Assembly (NCBI GenBank): GCA_040830765.1
Contig: JBFOMH010000022.1
Span: 1 to 61,486 of the forward strand
DNA from: Puniceicoccaceae bacterium
GTDB taxonomy: Bacteria; Verrucomicrobiota; Verrucomicrobiia; Opitutales; Oceanipulchritudinaceae
Direction: 5' to 3'
Length of the DNA stretch: 61,486 nt
Shown here: one piece after another, positions 59,182-61,486 of the stretch
How positions within the stretch are numbered: the first letter of the stretch is position 1
How the letters are laid out: every line of letters starts with the position of its first letter
Notes under the pieces: model-generated
The model's input: only the letters and a program-made list of their open reading frames with translations
Database searches by the model: none
What the model was told of the DNA's origin: nothing
Translations under genes and position numbers: made by a program

Positions 59182-60450
59182 TTACCTCAGGAAATATCCC
59201 CATGCTCCGCTCCCTGCAGAAGATGGCTCATCCATGTAGATCCATCCGCCCAAGCTATACGACCAGATATAGGGTGCCTGGTTAATGTTGATCCACCCGA
59301 TCCAGTTGGCTGTATCAACGTCTCCCAGTCCATTGAAAATTTCGAAGCCACCCCAAAGGTTTGTGGTCTCATTCTTGCGGGCTATGAAGTTTATGGTAGT
59401 GAATCGACCGCCGACTGGATGAATAAAATAGTCCCCGACAATAATGGAACCATCGGGACTCATGGCCCTCACCTGAAACCGAGGTTGGGATCGCAGTTCA
59501 CCATAAGCAGAGACATCGATAGGCTCTTCGACCAAAGTGGGTGTATAGACTCCGGAACTACGATTCCAAATTATAATTGTAGAATCCCTGAATCCGACAA
59601 TTACAGATCCATCTGCTGAGACTTCAGAGGCAAAGGCCCCTTCAATTCCTTCCGGTAGATCCAGAAATTTGGCTGTATCATTTTCCCAGTAAACCTGGTT
59701 TCCAATAATGACGGAACCATCGGCTGAGATTGCTTCTGGGTAGTACACGCTATCATTCGCAGCTCCATCCGGTGCCGGAAGTTGCGAAATGATTCCGTTC
59801 ACCCATTTCACGCCAACGTAAGACGCGAAATCCCCTGCTGTGCCACTTGAGCCTATGATAATTGTTCCATCGCCTGAGACATCCCTTACATCGCTGGAAT
59901 TGTCATCTGGAAGAAAGCCCAGGCCAGTCATGGTTCCCTCTTCCCATCGAAATGCCTCCAGATCACCGGAATCTCCCGATGCGCTGGCTCCCACGATGAC
60001 TGCGCCATCTGTTGAGACAGCCCTTGCCGCGCTTCTACCGTCCCCGCCCGGCAAGGCTCCAAGCCCCGTCATCATTCCGTCTTCCCAGCGAAAGGCTTCA
60101 GCTCCCGCTAAAAAAGAATCGAATTCTAGAAAACTGTAGCCAACAATTATCGAACCGTCCTGCGATATGTCGGTTGGAATACTGTTTCCAGCGCCCCCCT
60201 GCAAATCCCCCAAGTCGATCCGTGAGTCATCTTCCAATCGCAAAGCGGTGAAGCTCGACGATTCCTGGATGTAACCCGCAAGGACGTCACCTGTCCCTGA
60301 TATACCCCAAAAAGAGGAGCTTTGTCGGTCGCCCAATCCCGGAAGCTGGAAGATTTCAAATGTATAGTCAGCTTTAATTGAGGCGGTGAGCAGCGTGATT
60401 ACGCCAAACAGTGCTAATATTCTCAATTTTGTATTCCTCCTTAAATCCAC
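59182..60450 (-). CDS. Secreted HAF-repeat beta-propeller protein with Trp-rich C-terminal tail
   Basis: Repeats such as ISQDGSIIVG, EAFRWEDGMMTGLG, VSTDGAVIVG and ISADGSVIIG. Start is either GTG 60450 or ATG 60483. Confidence 0.8.
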   Translation of the reverse strand: MDLRRNTKLRILALFGVITLLTASIKADYTFEIFQLPGLGDRQSSSFWGISGTGDVLAGYIQESSSFTALRLEDDSRIDLGDLQGGAGNSIPTDISQDGSIIVGYSFLEFDSFLAGAEAFRWEDGMMTGLGALPGGDGRSAARAVSTDGAVIVGASASGDSGDLEAFRWEEGTMTGLGFLPDDNSSDVRDVSGDGTIIIGSSGTAGDFASYVGVKWVNGIISQLPAPDGAANDSVYYPEAISADGSVIIGNQVYWENDTAKFLDLPEGIEGAFASEVSADGSVIVGFRDSTIIIWNRSSGVYTPTLVEEPIDVSAYGELRSQPRFQVRAMSPDGSIIVGDYFIHPVGGRFTTINFIARKNETTNLWGGFEIFNGLGDVDTANWIGWININQAPYIWSYSLGGWIYMDEPSSAGSGAWGYFLR

Positions 60451-60714
60451 ATAATTAGTAAAACTTAATAGTGTCAACAGCATTACTTATAGACGACTGG
60501 ACGGATTGGTGAATGGTCCACCTTGAATTGCTTAACCCAAGACGCCATTACCCTTGAGCCGCAATACATTGAAACGGCCCTGAGGCTGGTTGCGCCCTGA
60601 TTGGTGGAAGGACCACTGCCACTACCAAAAAGATGGGGAGGTTCGACCCCTGTTAATGGAATCACCCATCGCTCTCCGCGCCACACCTGTCGCAGCCGGT
60701 TGACTATAGCACAC

Positions 60715-61486
60715 CTACCGCATGGCCACCCCCGGCTCGCAATAGCAGGAGGAGTTGGGGATGGCATCGGCCTTGGCCCAGGCCTTGTCGATTTTGGGGG
60801 TGAGGGCGTTGGCTTCCTCGGTCTTGTCCTGGGCGAGGAGGGCGGCGCGGAGTCCGGTGAGGCCCCAGCCGTTCTTGCGGTTGCGGATGAGATCCTCGCG
60901 GTAGACGGCTTCGGCCTCCTCGGCGCGTCCTGCCGCCATGAGGAGGGCGCCGAGGGCGTGCCGGACCGGCAGCATCCAACCGGGAGGCTCATCATAGACG
61001 AGGGCATCCTCGGCCTTGGCGCCTTCGCGGAGAATGGCAAATGCCTCGTCCGCTTTGCCTTCGCGCCAGAGGAGTTCGCCCTCGATCATGGCATTGGCGA
61101 TGGGCAGGACCGTGTTGACCTTGTTATTGAAGATATACCAGTCCTCCGGGACAGCTTTCATGGCCTCCCGGAAGGCGAGCATTTCCTCGCGGGCCTGCTC
61201 GGTCCGGCCGAGCGATGAACAGGCAATGGAGCGCGCGTAGAGCCGGACCGCATTGCTGACCAGTCGGTAATCCTTGTAAGCCGGCTCCTCGAGGATCTGT
61301 TCCCATTTGCCGAAGCGGATCATGGTATGGAAATTGGCGGGCATGATGCCGTCGATGAGCCCGGCAAAGGCCTTCAGCGGCTCTTCGGGCATTTCCCGTT
61401 CGAGGTCGCGGGCGGCTGCCATCGCTTCCTCGTAGCGACCCGACATCCTGGCGGCATAGCAGAGGAAGTGCAGGTTGTGGGCGTAG
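60715..61486 (-). CDS. TPR-repeat protein, partial (N-terminus lies beyond the right edge)
   Basis: The frame is open to the window end (YAHNLHFLCYAARMSGR...); TPR-like RHALGALLMAAGRAEEAEAVYREDL; YDEPP; C-terminal SSCYC. Confidence 0.8.
   Translation of the reverse strand, partial: YAHNLHFLCYAARMSGRYEEAMAAARDLEREMPEEPLKAFAGLIDGIMPANFHTMIRFGKWEQILEEPAYKDYRLVSNAVRLYARSIACSSLGRTEQAREEMLAFREAMKAVPEDWYIFNNKVNTVLPIANAMIEGELLWREGKADEAFAILREGAKAEDALVYDEPPGWMLPVRHALGALLMAAGRAEEAEAVYREDLIRNRKNGWGLTGLRAALLAQDKTEEANALTPKIDKAWAKADAIPNSSCYCEPGVAMR

Noticed and set aside
58055..60498. Shared 9-mer TAGACGACT upstream of the two secreted-protein genes (58055 and 60490)
   Set aside because: It is short, non-palindromic and at different distances from the starts, so it is compatible with chance.
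32322..61486. Intact prophage, ICE or IS element
   Set aside because: No integrase, transposase, relaxase or phage structural gene is recognisable in the window.

Overview
GC-rich bacterial chromosome segment. Gene order and protein tails suggest Verrucomicrobiota (Opitutae/Puniceicoccales-like); this is inference only. Positions 1-32.2 kb are mostly housekeeping genes: a minor-pilin (PilV/W/X-like) cluster, serA-plsY-hom-lysC-thrC-gpsA, an orphan pilin, MFS/coaD, pgsA-pgpA, aroQ, trxA, scpA, lptD, glgB, sufE, tatD, a CNT nucleoside transporter, recD2, a HAD hydrolase, malY/patB and lptF/G. This part also holds a REP/BIME-like palindrome mosaic (26.4-26.8 kb) and an 11-unit heptamer repeat abutting the lptF start. 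A tRNA-Leu(UAG) at 32237-32321 opens an accessory region. First comes an AT-richer four-gene putative defence island: a HEPN-like protein, a ~1760-aa exonuclease-RecQ-UvrD double-helicase fusion, a DUF2075 nuclease-helicase and an SBD-like HNH nuclease. Next is a tightly coupled eight-gene envelope operon of unknown function, with a MotA/ExbB-type channel, two Asp-bearing TM/coiled-coil/vWA partners, a PEGA/FGE-sulfatase-fold protein, a lipoprotein and small conserved-looking proteins. It is the best candidate for an undescribed ion-driven machine. Secreted repeat proteins with distinctive C-terminal tails follow, including a 2346-aa LRR/beta-propeller protein. A 15-nt copy of the tRNA T-arm recurs at 60639. 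All domain calls come from motifs read by eye; no database searches were run.
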